Shown in pieces: positions 1-10,961 of a DNA stretch of 64,000 nt. A program made the translations under genes and the position numbers. The notes beneath the pieces were generated by a model. That model saw nothing but the letters and a program-made list of their open reading frames with translations, was not told where the DNA came from and searched no databases. Position 1 is the first letter of the stretch, and every line of letters begins with the position of its first letter. Source of the DNA: Candidatus Latescibacterota bacterium (GTDB lineage: Bacteria; Latescibacterota; UBA2968; GCA-2709665); NCBI GenBank assembly GCA_965226795.1, contig CBDDDZ010000002.1, positions 96,001-160,000 on the forward strand, written 5' to 3'.

Positions 1-1
1 G

Positions 2-1447
2 CATTCGGGCGCGGCGATTGAAGATACGTTCCGGCCCGGAGTTGTACCCTCGATGGAACGGCTGCACTGGCTGGCCGGGCGCAATGGCGACGCCCGGCTG
101 TTTCGTATTGCGGAGTTGATTCACGCGGGCAGGCAGAGTACCCACTGGTGGACTTTGAAGGCACTGGCCGGGGACATGGGCACGGCGGTCGGAACGCTGG
201 ACGAGCTGATGCCGAAGCTGGCCTATTACCCGGACGTGGAGATGTACTTTGCACGGACCTCGTGGCGGCCGGAGGCCACAATGTTCGCGCTTGGAGCTCG
301 GCCCCTGGGCGGGCACACACTGGCTCGTCTGATCGAGGCGTATCCCTGGATTGGCGGTGTGGGGCACAACCATCCCGCGCAGAACAGCTTTGTGCTTTAC
401 GGCAGCGGGAAGGAACTGGTGATTGACCCGGGCTATACGCTGAAGAAGGAAACGGCGAACCACAATACGGTTCTGGTGGACGGGCAGGGGCAGTACGGAG
501 ACGGAGAGCGGTGGCCGCGCTGGTATCCGGGATGGGCGCACATCGGGTACGCTTCCACGCAGTTTCCCTATGTGCGGGGGGAAGCGGCATCGGCGTACCC
601 GCCCCAGTTGGGTCTGAAGCGCTTTACGCGCCAGATATTGATGGTGGACCGCCAGCGGGTCTTGATTGCCGATCACCTGGAGGCGGAACGACCGCGGCGG
701 TTCACGTGGCTGCTGCATTTCGATGAGGACGCGGAGATAGTGTCCGCGGGCGAGGGGCGGTTTAAGGCTTCCTACGGCGGCGCCTCGCTGCTGATTAATC
801 TACTGACGCCGGCTGGCATGGCCCCGCAGATCGACCGCTACGAGCCGACGTGGAACAATATCGCCCGGCCCGACTATCACCCCAGGGTCGGCCGGCTGCA
901 GTTGACCACCGGGCTGGTGAGTGCCACTCCGATTGTGGCGGCGTTGGACCTGGGCCCCGCTGCGGCGCGTCCGGCGCTGGAGATCACGCCGCGCGTCCTG
1001 CTGGTGACGTTTGCGGACAGTACCCGCGTGGGCTTCAATCGAACGGGCGACGTGGTCACGGTGGATGGGCTCGAGACCGACGGGCGGGCCGTGGTGATCG
1101 CGGTGGATGGAACGGGGGGACGCAGGGCCCGGGTTCTGGACATGCTTCGGTATCGCGACGGGTCCGGTCGGTTGCGCGACTTCTCGGAAGGCGAGGGCGA
1201 ATTCGTCCTGACGAACGGGGCCTGGCTGCCGACTTTCCAGGAGGCGCCCGTTGCGTTGCGGGGGGACTTCGATGGGAACGGTACGGTGGGTTTCAGCGAC
1301 TTCGTGGCGTTCGCGCAGGCGTTCGGGTCCCGCGCTGGTACGGCGGGATGGGACGCCAGGTTCGACCTGAGCGGGGACGGCGAGGTCGGGTTTCGGGATT
1401 TTCTCATCCTCGCGGCTCAATTTGGACGGCGTGTTTCCGGGGATTGA
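2..1447 (+). CDS. Heparinase II/III-like protein with C-terminal dockerin-like EF-hand module (5'-partial)
   Basis: Frame open from the window edge; GHNHPAQNSFVLY...DPG...HNTVLVDGQGQ typical of Hepar_II_III; C-terminal GDFDGNGTVGFSDF...FDLSGDGEVGFRDF duplicated Ca-binding loop. Confidence 0.8.
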   Translation, partial: HSGAAIEDTFRPGVVPSMERLHWLAGRNGDARLFRIAELIHAGRQSTHWWTLKALAGDMGTAVGTLDELMPKLAYYPDVEMYFARTSWRPEATMFALGARPLGGHTLARLIEAYPWIGGVGHNHPAQNSFVLYGSGKELVIDPGYTLKKETANHNTVLVDGQGQYGDGERWPRWYPGWAHIGYASTQFPYVRGEAASAYPPQLGLKRFTRQILMVDRQRVLIADHLEAERPRRFTWLLHFDEDAEIVSAGEGRFKASYGGASLLINLLTPAGMAPQIDRYEPTWNNIARPDYHPRVGRLQLTTGLVSATPIVAALDLGPAAARPALEITPRVLLVTFADSTRVGFNRTGDVVTVDGLETDGRAVVIAVDGTGGRRARVLDMLRYRDGSGRLRDFSEGEGEFVLTNGAWLPTFQEAPVALRGDFDGNGTVGFSDFVAFAQAFGSRAGTAGWDARFDLSGDGEVGFRDFLILAAQFGRRVSGD

Positions 1448-1504
1448 CCCTGGATCGTGCGGTCCCACGTTACGCGACAAGGAAGCCATTATTTTCGTGC
1501 GACC

Positions 1505-1545
1505 CGGCGCCCGAATTCCGGCAACCTGTTTCCGGGGCAATACAC
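1505..1545 (+). repeat. Degenerate right-end fragment of the TIR-MITE family
   Basis: cggcgcccgaattccggcaacctgtttccggggcaatacac resembles 17838-17879 cggcggccgaaatttcgacattctatttccgggacagaacac. Confidence 0.45.
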
Positions 1546-1582
1546 CCAGGGATCTTTCTTCAGGTGCAGGAGGTGGACTGTC

Positions 1583-2617
1583 TTGATCGAACTCGTTATT
1601 TCCGTGTGTGCCGTTATCGTCGTCTCCGCGATGTGCTCTCTCTTCGAGGCGGTTCTCTACTCCGTTCCCGTCAGTTATGTCGAGAGCCTCGCACAGAATG
1701 GAACCGTCTCGGGCCGGATCCTGAAAGACCTGCGTATGCGCAACGTCGATCGTTCCATCTCGGCCATCCTGTCCCTGAACACCATCGCCAATACCGGTGG
1801 CGCGTTTGTGGCCGGCGCGGCATTTGTCAAGGTTTTCGGAGGGCAATCGGAGCATTATTTCACCATTTTTATCACACTGTCCGTCCTGGTCCTCTCCGAA
1901 GTCATCCCCAAGACCGTAGGCGTGGTTTACAGCCGATCCCTGGCCGGTTTTGTCGCGATTCCACTCCAGTTTCTGGTCTGGGTTCTATACCCCCTTGTGG
2001 AGATGTGCCGGCTGGTAACCCGGGCGTTTTCAAAGGGTGGGGCAAGCCAGGAGGTCTCCGAGGAAGAGATCACCGTTATGGCGCGTATGGGCCGGCGGAC
2101 CGGGGCCATACAGCCGGATGAAGCACGCGTCATGCAGAATATCCTTTCTCTCAAACGCAAGACCGCGAGGGACGTGATGACACCGCGAACGGTCGTATTC
2201 GCGCTGAGCGCCGATCTGACCGTGGAACAGGCCCAGAAACAGGCGGGTGTCTGGCCGTACAGCCGGGTTCCCGTCTACGAGAATGAATTCGAGGATGTGA
2301 TCGGCGTCGTGATGCGCCGCGACGCATTCAACGCTCTGACTGGCGGGCGGGGGCAAACGCCCATTTCGGAACTGATGCGTCCGGTTCACTTTGTCTCAGA
2401 GACGGTCTCGCTGGACCGCGTTCTCGAAATGTTTCTGGTACGCAAGCAGCACCTCTTTGCGGTGATCGACGAGTATGGCGGGCTGGCCGGGATCCTCACG
2501 CTTGAAGACGTGCTGGAAGAGATTCTGGGCAGGGAGATTGTGGACGAGTCCGATACCGTCACGGACATGCGTGAACTGGCGCGCCGGCGCCGGCGACAGG
2601 TCTCGGAAGGGGAGTAG
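1583..2617 (+). CDS. CNNM/DUF21 + CBS-domain membrane protein (hemolysin/CorB-like)
   Basis: SAMCSLFEAVLYS, ILSLNTIAN, EVIPKT, VMTPR, YSRVPVY, DEYGGLAGILTLEDVLEEILG; TTG start after AGGAGG. Confidence 0.9.
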   Translation: MIELVISVCAVIVVSAMCSLFEAVLYSVPVSYVESLAQNGTVSGRILKDLRMRNVDRSISAILSLNTIANTGGAFVAGAAFVKVFGGQSEHYFTIFITLSVLVLSEVIPKTVGVVYSRSLAGFVAIPLQFLVWVLYPLVEMCRLVTRAFSKGGASQEVSEEEITVMARMGRRTGAIQPDEARVMQNILSLKRKTARDVMTPRTVVFALSADLTVEQAQKQAGVWPYSRVPVYENEFEDVIGVVMRRDAFNALTGGRGQTPISELMRPVHFVSETVSLDRVLEMFLVRKQHLFAVIDEYGGLAGILTLEDVLEEILGREIVDESDTVTDMRELARRRRRQVSEGE

Positions 2618-2730
2618 ACGAATTTACACCGTCAGTGAAGAAGTCGCGTTGATGAGGGCTTTCAGTTGGTGCGGGAGTCGCTTTGAGTTGTGCTCCAAGC
2701 CTGGTGCCTGAGCAATTCCGGAGGACATGA

Positions 2731-4002
2731 GTGGCGGCAAGACAGATAGAGTTACTTGACCAGCCTGACACGTCAGCAGGACCATTATCGTTTGAAGAAT
2801 TCCTCTGCAATATCGAGGCGTTCGACGAATTCCGAAAGGAAACGGCAATCCTGGAATTCCCGGAACCGGACTTCGATATTCCGGTCTACGTCAATGAGTT
2901 CTGGACATCGAAACAGAGAGCGGCCAACTCCCTTCACGAGGTTTCGTATCGCGCCTGCTTCAAGCCACAGTTGCCCCGGTTTTTCATCGAGCGGCTCACC
3001 AGTCCCGGCGACGCGGTCTACGATCCCTTCCTGGGGCGCGGCACCACCGTCATCGAGGCCGCATTGCTGGGGCGTGTGCCCGTCGGGACGGACATCAATC
3101 CCTTAAGCGAAATACTCGTGGCCCCGCGGTTCGACCCGCCCCCGCTGGCGGCTGTTTCGGAACGCCTGAAGGAACTGCCCCTCGAAAACGAATGCGACAC
3201 GTGGGACGACTTGTTGGCGTTCTATCATCCGAATACACTGCGCCAGATCACCAACCTGCGGAATTACCTGCTCCGAAAAGGGGAAGACGGCAGCCTGGAC
3301 GCGATCGACAGGTGGATCAGGATGGTGGCGACCAACCGGCTGACGGGTCATTCACCCGGCTTCCTTTCGGTCTATACATTGCCCCCGAACCAGGCCGTTA
3401 CGGTCGAGCGGCAGCGTGGCATCAACGAGAATCGACAGCAGACACCTCCCGAACGGGACGTTCGGGTATCGATTCTGAAGAAATCCCGATCGCTCCTCAG
3501 CAAACTGGAAGAAGAGGACGCCGAACGGCTTCGGGAGACGTCGAGAGAGGCGTCGCTTATCACCGGATCATCGGACAACACGCCTGGGATTGAGAGTGAT
3601 TCCATCAGTCTGGTCGTAACGTCGCCGCCCTTTTTGGACGTGGTGGACTACCAGGCGGACAATTGGCTAAGATGCTGGTTCAATGGTATTGACGCGCAGA
3701 CCGTCGACGTATGGCACTTCAAGAAGCCACAAGAATGGCAGGCGGCTATGACGCGGGTATTCGCCGAACTCAAAAGGGTTCTCATGCCAGGGGGTTACGT
3801 CGCTTTCGAAGTCGGGGAAGTCCGCGGCGGGAAGATCCTCCTTGAAACGCTGGTCGTTCCCGCCGCGGCCGAGGCGGGTCTGGAGCCGCTCCTGGTCCTG
3901 GTAAATGACCAGGTGTTCACCAAAACGTCGAACTGCTGGGGCGTGGACAACCTGAAAAAGGGAACCAATACCAACAGGATCGTACTTCTAAGGAAGTCCT
4001 GA
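2731..4002 (+). CDS. Orphan amino-DNA methyltransferase (N4/N6 type)
   Basis: Motif I DPFLGRGTT precedes motif IV VTSPPF; GGAGG RBS before GTG. Confidence 0.85.
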   Translation: MAARQIELLDQPDTSAGPLSFEEFLCNIEAFDEFRKETAILEFPEPDFDIPVYVNEFWTSKQRAANSLHEVSYRACFKPQLPRFFIERLTSPGDAVYDPFLGRGTTVIEAALLGRVPVGTDINPLSEILVAPRFDPPPLAAVSERLKELPLENECDTWDDLLAFYHPNTLRQITNLRNYLLRKGEDGSLDAIDRWIRMVATNRLTGHSPGFLSVYTLPPNQAVTVERQRGINENRQQTPPERDVRVSILKKSRSLLSKLEEEDAERLRETSREASLITGSSDNTPGIESDSISLVVTSPPFLDVVDYQADNWLRCWFNGIDAQTVDVWHFKKPQEWQAAMTRVFAELKRVLMPGGYVAFEVGEVRGGKILLETLVVPAAAEAGLEPLLVLVNDQVFTKTSNCWGVDNLKKGTNTNRIVLLRKS

Positions 4003-4300
4003 AGGTGCTTCGCAGACCACGCTACTTTCGACCGTTTCACGTCAAAATCGCTGTTTGCAAAGGTGTTACCGCCCTGGCCGATCCCGGCTTTCATATGGAC
4101 ATAAGGAAAGCCGACGCCCTTACCATCTGTCACGAAAAGCAGGAAGGGAAATCAAACGATGAACTGTGACCTGTTTCCGCAGCCATTTTTTCGACAACCC
4201 CTTTTGAGTCAGGAACGGGTCGGAATATCGGCGGCAGGTTTGCCAAACCACTCTATGTAACCGCGTTAACACCAACGTACAACGAGGAGGATCGCGCCAC

Positions 4301-6344
4301 ATGTTTTCCAAAAAGAATGTTGTGTTAATTTCCGCTTTCGCGTTGTTGGCATTCGTCGCTGCGGGTTCGGACGCGGATGCTGATCGCACGACATTACAAG
4401 GGATCACCGTCAATTCCCATGACCATAACACCGCGTCTCTTCCGGACTTCGACGGCGACGGGACGGTCAGCTTCAGTGATTTTCTGCAGTTTGCGGCAAA
4501 ATTCGGACTAAGTCAGGGCGACAACGGATATGATGCGCGGTTCGACCTGAATGGCGACGGGGAAATCGGGTTTTCGGACTTTGTGATCTTTGCACGGAAT
4601 TACGGGAAGGACTTTTCTTTCGGGATGCTCCTGCCCTGGGATCTTTCAAGGGTTGTGCCAATCGACTCGGTTCGCTCGGCGCCCTGCGGGCACGCGTGTG
4701 TTCATGCGGACCGAATTCGCCAATGGCGAACTCACGGACCTGGAAATGAAGTTCATCCAGGTGGTGGACGATTTCCTGCCTCCCATGCCGGTCTACATGG
4801 TGGAAGCCTCCGATTCTGTCCTGATAAGCCTGGGAGGTATTTCAAAGGGCATGAGCGGTTCTCCCATTTTCACGGAGCAGGGCGTGTGGGGCGCCATTGC
4901 TTATGGTTTCGACGCCCAGGACAGCCCGCCTTACTACTTTTTTGCGACTCCCGTGGAATGGGTTATCGGCACCATTGGGGCGGTACCGCTGGCCAAGCGA
5001 GCGGCTGCGTGGGAGGGAAGCCGGATCGTACCCCTGGACATTCCGCTGTTGAGTACCGGTCTCAATCGTGTCCAGCTACCGCCGGAAGGGAGTCCGTCTC
5101 TCCTGAGCGACGCGGTCGCCGCCGGTTTGACGAGGGAGCGCCAGACGAGCTTTGCGCCCGGCAGGCCGCTGGCCGTGGGTTTGCTGCTGGGCGAGCTTAC
5201 TTACGCCAGCCTGGGAACCATCTCCTTCGTGGATGGCGACCGGATCTATGGTTTCGGACATCCCATGCAGGAAGCAGGACCTGTGGCGCTTCCCATAATC
5301 GAAGCAAAAGTGCTCGGAGAGATATCCAATGTGTTCGCGCCGTTTAAATTCGCTACGCTGAACCCGACGGTGCGCGGCACGCTCACCGAAGACCGCCTGC
5401 CCGGGGTTCGCGGCGTGCTTGATGACGGGCCGGATCTGGTGCCGATCAAAAGCGTGTATACGTTCCCATCGGGTGGCGTCGTGGAGCTCTTGCATAGGAT
5501 GCCCACCGTCGGCGTGAGTACTAATAGGTCGATCGCTCTCGTCGTTAGTGCGTTCTTCACACCTCTTTCCAACCGGGTCGAGCAGGACCCGGACCACAGT
5601 ATCCGCGTTACGGCGGATATTTCCTTTGACGTTACCGACTCCACGCTCACGCGTACCCGTCTCTACGCCTCGCCCGAAGGACGCCTCGGCTCCCTGGTCC
5701 GGAACGCCGGTTCGGACCTCTCTTCCTCGCTCGCCGATCTGATGACGAGGGACGATTACGCATTGCAGGTGACGGATGCCGGGGTCCATGTAGAGGTGAT
5801 CGCGGAACCCCGTTTCGCCAGGATCGTTGAAGTGACCGCAGACACCGTTATAAGTCCCGGGGACATGCTGGCCGTTACCGCCGCGTTGCGCGTTGGACGC
5901 CGCATAGACCGGGTGATCGAATTGACGCTCAGCGTGCCGGATACGTTTCCCGCAGGCGTCTACCGGCTCGAAGCCGGTTCGGCTGCGACGTTGGGGGAAG
6001 ACGTTGCCGGGGGAGATGGACCGCCGCCGTTGTTCGGCCTGTTTGGGCCCTCCGATGGATTCGGGAGCGAGGAGACGCTGGACGACGTCTTTGGAAGGGT
6101 CAATGGCGAGGATAAGAACGTCGTATTGAAAGCCCAGCTGACGTACGCGATGCCATTCGAAGGAGCCGCGGACTCGACTGTTTTGCCCGAAGGCGGGCTT
6201 TTAGGCGTCTTGACGGGCGGTCTGGGAGGGGGCATTCCGCCGCAGGTTCCCGCGGCGACCGTTTCCACTCAGAAGGACGTCGATCTGTTTTTGGAGGGCT
6301 CAAAGAGCCTTAGCCTAAAGGTCGTCACTTCGACGGGGCCATGA
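4301..6344 (+). pseudogene. Secreted dockerin-like EF-hand + SpoIVB/S55-like peptidase protein, split by a 1-nt frameshift near 4683
   Basis: Signal peptide and DFDGDGTVSFSDF module in the 4301 frame; GISKGMSGSPI, GAIAYG, LGTISFVDGDRIYGFGHPM in the 4590 frame; removing one C from gcgCCCtgcg joins the frames (..DSVRSAPAGTRVF..). Confidence 0.65.
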
Positions 6345-6502
6345 TATGCGGAACGGTCCGGCTTACCCGTGTGCTGGCGGCAATACTTCCGAAAATTTGC
6401 GGCCGGGCACTTTTTCGAACGACCCGTTAGGTGCCGTCGTGTCGGGGCGGCGCGGGCGTCCCGGTTCTCCTGATGAGGCATCGGGCGGATGGGGGATTCA
6501 CC

Positions 6503-7525
6503 ATGCGTGAGAGCGACATAGGGATTGGAATCATTGGAGGAGGTAAGGCGGGTCGGAATTTCGCCATGGCCATCCGATCGTGCGCGGGAGCCGAAGTACG
6601 GATGTTCTGCACCCGACACGAGGAGTCTGCGAGGGAGGCGGCGGAATTCTGCGGGGTTGCGGGATGGACCACCCACTATCCCGAGATGTTGCGGAATCCG
6701 GATATCCAGGCGGTTATTGTCGCCACGCCCGATGAATTTCACTGCGAGCACACGGTCCTTGCCGCCCGGGCGAAAAAACATGTGTTGTGCGAGAAGCCGA
6801 TGTGCCGATCTCCCGAAGAGGCGGATCGGATGATTCGAGAAGCGCGTGAGAACGGTGTGATTCTGATGGTTGGATTCACGGAGCGGTACAGCCATCCCTG
6901 CGCCGAAGCCAAAAGGAGGATCGACGCGGGCGAGATCGGCACGCCCAGGATGATGCTTGCCAGGCGATGCCATCCGCTTTCCGTGCTGAGAGGCAGGGCT
7001 TGGGTCAACGACGATGAAACCGGAGGCGTCCTGAATTATGCCGGGCCTCACAATATCGATCTGGTTTGCTGGTTGATGGGAGGGGCGCCGGAACGGGTGT
7101 ACGGTGAGATGGGTCAACTCATTCTGAAGGATCAGAATTTCACGGATTGCGCGGTGATGACGTTCAAGTTTCCCAATGGGTCCATCGCGGCGCTCTACGA
7201 GACCTTTGCGTACCCGGGAACCTATCCCCACGGCGTGGACCGGAATATCGAGATCCTGGGAGACCGGGGGGTCTTGCACGTCGACTTTATGTCACAGCCC
7301 TTGAAGGTGTTTACGGACGCCGGCTTCGAGTTGGCCGATTCGATTACGTGGCCGATGGCCGAACGCGGAATTCAGGGGGCGCTGCTGGCCGAAGTCGAGC
7401 ATTTCATCGGTTGCGTACGGGCGGGAAAAACGCCTCTGACGACAGGGGAGGATGGCAAACTCGCCATGAAGATCGCGCTTGCTGCGAGAGAGGCCGCCAG
7501 CACCGGAAGAGCCATACCCATTTAG
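6503..7525 (+). CDS. Gfo/Idh/MocA family oxidoreductase
   Basis: IGIIGGGKAG, VATPDEFH, HVLCEKPM. Confidence 0.9.
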   Translation: MRESDIGIGIIGGGKAGRNFAMAIRSCAGAEVRMFCTRHEESAREAAEFCGVAGWTTHYPEMLRNPDIQAVIVATPDEFHCEHTVLAARAKKHVLCEKPMCRSPEEADRMIREARENGVILMVGFTERYSHPCAEAKRRIDAGEIGTPRMMLARRCHPLSVLRGRAWVNDDETGGVLNYAGPHNIDLVCWLMGGAPERVYGEMGQLILKDQNFTDCAVMTFKFPNGSIAALYETFAYPGTYPHGVDRNIEILGDRGVLHVDFMSQPLKVFTDAGFELADSITWPMAERGIQGALLAEVEHFIGCVRAGKTPLTTGEDGKLAMKIALAAREAASTGRAIPI

Positions 7526-7579
7526 GGCGCGTTCGAGGCGTCCGGAGCGGTGTGCGGAAATTCGATGGAAAGGGAGCTT

Positions 7580-10500
7580 ATGTTGCCTATCGATCAGAAT
7601 GCGCCGGTGCCACGGCCGGGAAGGTCAATCTGGTACACGGAGGAAGGGATTCGCCGGGCCCGGGAGAATATCCGTACGCAGGCGTGGGCCGCGAAGGAAT
7701 GGGAGCGGATCAGCACGGTTGCGGAGAGGTGGGTCCGGGTGTCCGACGAGGAGATACTGGCGCTGGTGCCGGCCCAAGGGTCGATTTTCTGCAGCGGACG
7801 GAACGGGAGCCCATGCTGCAAGGCGGCCTGGCGGTGCGACGTGGCACAGCCCCGGCGGGCTTTCTGTGCGGACTGCGGGCGCGAATATCCGGAGAATCGG
7901 AAGGGGTCCCGATTCAGCGACGAAGGACACGGCTTCTACTACGAAGGGAAATGGTTCGCGCCGGTGCCCGTGTGGAACAGCTATGTCGTGAGTATGCTGA
8001 GCACCTACTCGTACGGGTCCGGCGGGCCCACGGACAACGCCCTGTTGAATCTGGCCCTGGCCTATGCGATTACCGGCGAGACCAGATTCGGCGAAAGGGC
8101 CTTGCTGATTTACGACGCGCTGGCCACGCTGGCGCCCACGACGATCGGTCCGCTGGATATTCCCGAGGGTCAGGAGCGGGAGATGGGGCGCATGCACGCG
8201 GAGACGTGCCACGTCAACCGGCAGCGTTTTGTGGACATGCAGGCATACGACCTGATCTCCGGTCTTGACGGGATGGATGAGCCGTCTCCGACACGCGGCG
8301 ACCGGCGTGTGCGCATCCGGGAGAATATCGCCGAGGGAATGCTGGAAGACTATGTGATGACGGAGGGAGGCGGGTACAACCTGCGTGAGGGGAATCTCAC
8401 CCATTTCCAGAATCACGAACTGGATGGATTCCGGGCGCTGCTGTCGATCGGGCTGGCGACGGATCAACCCGATTTCATCAGGTGGGCGGGCAGTGCTTTC
8501 CGGGCATTTCTGGAGAATGTCATCGGCCGGGACGGGGGATACTACGAAAATTCCGAGATGTACGCGTATTTCTCCGGTACGCTGATGCAGGACGTGGCGG
8601 AACTGTTGTACCACTACGATCCCGGCAAGTACGCTTCGCCCGATGATTACCCGCCGGCGGAAGCGCTGGTGGGGCTGAAGAATGCCTTCGATCACCCGCG
8701 CCTCGTCCGGTTGTGTCTGGAGTACACGGAATTGATCCGGGCGTGCGGTCGCATCCCCTCTTATGGAAATACGAACGCGCTCCCGGGTTACCGGCCGCCT
8801 TCCAAACGCCAGGTGATGCCCTCGCACTGGTCGCTGCTGGAGCGGCTCTACTTCCGGAGCGAAAATGCCGACACCCGGCAGCGGGCGAAAGAATTGATGC
8901 TGGATCTGTCGGACGGCGCGGCGGAAAACGTCCGTAACGGCACGTGGGCGCTGTTCAATTCGAAACCCGGGCCGGCCGGGGAAGCCCGGAGCACGCCGCC
9001 GTCGGCCTCTTCTTTTGTCGGCCATAAGGGCGTGGTGGTCCTGCGCAGCGGGACCGGAGACCGGTCACGGGCGCTGATTGTGCGGGGAGGCGCGAATCTG
9101 CTGTCGCAGGACGACCAGTTGGCGGCATTTCTGTACGATAGGGGCCGGATGGTTATCGAAGACGTGGGTTATGCACTGGCCGGTTCACACGTACACAAGG
9201 GATGGGGCATGCGGGCGATCTCCCACGCGATGGTAACCGTGGACGAGGATATTCCCACGTCTCAGGGCTACGAATTCGTGCCGAGCGCGGACCTGGTCGC
9301 CTTCGAGGATCTGGGCGGCGTGAAGATCGCGGAGTACTCCGCGCCGCTGTCCAGGATCCACCAGGGTGCGACCGAGTACCGCCGGGCGCTGATCTTTTGC
9401 GACGTGGACGAGGCGACGTCCTACACGCTGGACCTGTTCCTGGTGGCCGGAGGGCGCATCCACGACTATGCGATGAACGGTCCCAGGTTCTTCGAAGGGG
9501 ACTCGGGGTCGTATTCGCTGGAAGGCGTGTCGCCGGAGGCCCGCGCGGGGGTCTGGACGCTGGCGGCGCTCGGGACCATGGACGGCTCCGAAGAGGCGAA
9601 CGCGCCCGGAAAAAGCTGGGGGGAACGGATCGGTCCCAACGATCGTATCCAGGGCGTGGCCGCTCCGGACGGAAGCCCGTTGCCCTACGGATGGCTGCCG
9701 CCCCCCGGAAACGGGTACGCGTTCGTCCACGACGTGAAGACCGCCGCGCTGGAACACGACGCGTACGCGCACTGGCGCTTCGGAGACGTGCGGGATACCC
9801 ATTACGGTGTCTGGTTTCCCGCCGACCACTCGGCGACCCTGATCGCCGCGAAGGGACCCGATTTGAAAGGCGCCCAGCAGATCCATCGGTTGATAGTAAG
9901 GAGAGAAGGGGAGGATCTGAAGAGCCTGTTTGTCAGCGTGTTCGAGGCGTTTTCCGGTTCGCTCAACGTGGTGGGCGCCAGGGTGCTTGCCCGCGACGCG
10001 GACACAGGCAGCGCCGCGGTTCGGGTCGAACTGGCGGACGGCAGGCGGGATACGCATCTCTTTTCGCGGGACGGTTCGATCGAAGTCCGGGATCCCGATG
10101 GGGTTCCCATTGCGCTTTCAGGGCGGTTCGGGGTCGTACGCGAACGGGACGGAGAGGTGGCGCTTTACCTGGTGGAAGGGACGCGCCTGCGGTTTGGAGA
10201 CGCAGAAACGACACTTCCTCAAACCCATTTCGAAGCTCGGATCACGGCAACGGATGCCGATGCGGAGACCGTGTCGATCGACCGGGGCCTGCCGGAAGGG
10301 ATGCCTCTGGAGGGACGGTTGTGCCGCGTGGAAGCAGACGCCGGGGACACGGCCTATTCCCACGGGTCCGGCTACCGGGTTACGGCCGCCGTGGACGGGC
10401 GAAACGCCCGGCTTGTTCTTCAGCACGGGGATCCCCGGCTGGCAAGAGGGACGGTTGTCTCTGTCGAGGCCCCGGATATTCTGGTCTGCGACGTGCCGCT

Positions 10501-10741
10501 TGCGTTTGCCTGGGGTTTCAACAACAGCGGCGACAAGGGTGAATACAGAGGAAAGGTGCTGCGTACGGAGGACGGGTCGTTCATGTCCCGGATCGTCGAA
10601 CTGCTGGCGTTCAAAAAACTCCGGCTGGAATCGGTGGCCGGGCTGCGGGCCGGCAGCCGCTTCGAGATTCTGGACTTCAAGCCGGGCGATCGGATTTCGA
10701 TTCCGAATTCCGGGAGTAGATGCCTGGCGCGGCGAACCTGA
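7580..10741 (+). CDS. Heparinase II/III / alginate-lyase-like protein with N-terminal Cys cluster
   Basis: NHE and DGGYYENS toroid motifs; DVGY...SHAMVTVDE C-terminal lyase domain; PCC...CADCGREYP; AAGGGAG RBS. Confidence 0.65.
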   Translation: MLPIDQNAPVPRPGRSIWYTEEGIRRARENIRTQAWAAKEWERISTVAERWVRVSDEEILALVPAQGSIFCSGRNGSPCCKAAWRCDVAQPRRAFCADCGREYPENRKGSRFSDEGHGFYYEGKWFAPVPVWNSYVVSMLSTYSYGSGGPTDNALLNLALAYAITGETRFGERALLIYDALATLAPTTIGPLDIPEGQEREMGRMHAETCHVNRQRFVDMQAYDLISGLDGMDEPSPTRGDRRVRIRENIAEGMLEDYVMTEGGGYNLREGNLTHFQNHELDGFRALLSIGLATDQPDFIRWAGSAFRAFLENVIGRDGGYYENSEMYAYFSGTLMQDVAELLYHYDPGKYASPDDYPPAEALVGLKNAFDHPRLVRLCLEYTELIRACGRIPSYGNTNALPGYRPPSKRQVMPSHWSLLERLYFRSENADTRQRAKELMLDLSDGAAENVRNGTWALFNSKPGPAGEARSTPPSASSFVGHKGVVVLRSGTGDRSRALIVRGGANLLSQDDQLAAFLYDRGRMVIEDVGYALAGSHVHKGWGMRAISHAMVTVDEDIPTSQGYEFVPSADLVAFEDLGGVKIAEYSAPLSRIHQGATEYRRALIFCDVDEATSYTLDLFLVAGGRIHDYAMNGPRFFEGDSGSYSLEGVSPEARAGVWTLAALGTMDGSEEANAPGKSWGERIGPNDRIQGVAAPDGSPLPYGWLPPPGNGYAFVHDVKTAALEHDAYAHWRFGDVRDTHYGVWFPADHSATLIAAKGPDLKGAQQIHRLIVRREGEDLKSLFVSVFEAFSGSLNVVGARVLARDADTGSAAVRVELADGRRDTHLFSRDGSIEVRDPDGVPIALSGRFGVVRERDGEVALYLVEGTRLRFGDAETTLPQTHFEARITATDADAETVSIDRGLPEGMPLEGRLCRVEADAGDTAYSHGSGYRVTAAVDGRNARLVLQHGDPRLARGTVVSVEAPDILVCDVPLAFAWGFNNSGDKGEYRGKVLRTEDGSFMSRIVELLAFKKLRLESVAGLRAGSRFEILDFKPGDRISIPNSGSRCLARRT

Positions 10742-10824
10742 AAACCGTTCGACGTCGGGCCGCGGGTTTGCCGCCGTGGGGGCGGATACGCGGCGCCGGG
10801 TTCCGGCATGGGGCCCCTTTTCCC

Positions 10825-10852
10825 TTGAATTTTCGAGATATTTCCATATTAT
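10825..10852 (+). promoter_or_regulatory. Putative sigma70 promoter for the transporter operon
   Basis: TTGAAT-N16-TATTAT in an AT-rich patch about 110 nt before ATG 10962. Confidence 0.5.
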
Positions 10853-10961
10853 GCGCGTGGTGCGTTGCCACGCGCTGCAACACGTGGGAAGGCAGACCGC
10901 GAGGCCGATGAGACACGGGAAATCGGCCGCCAATTCGGCCCGAATTAACCGGGAGACGGTC

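Noticed and set aside
9930..10961. N-terminal 344-aa extension of the first DUF6785-like ORF
   Set aside because: Overlaps the lyase gene out of frame; the paralog length, RBS and promoter support ATG 10962
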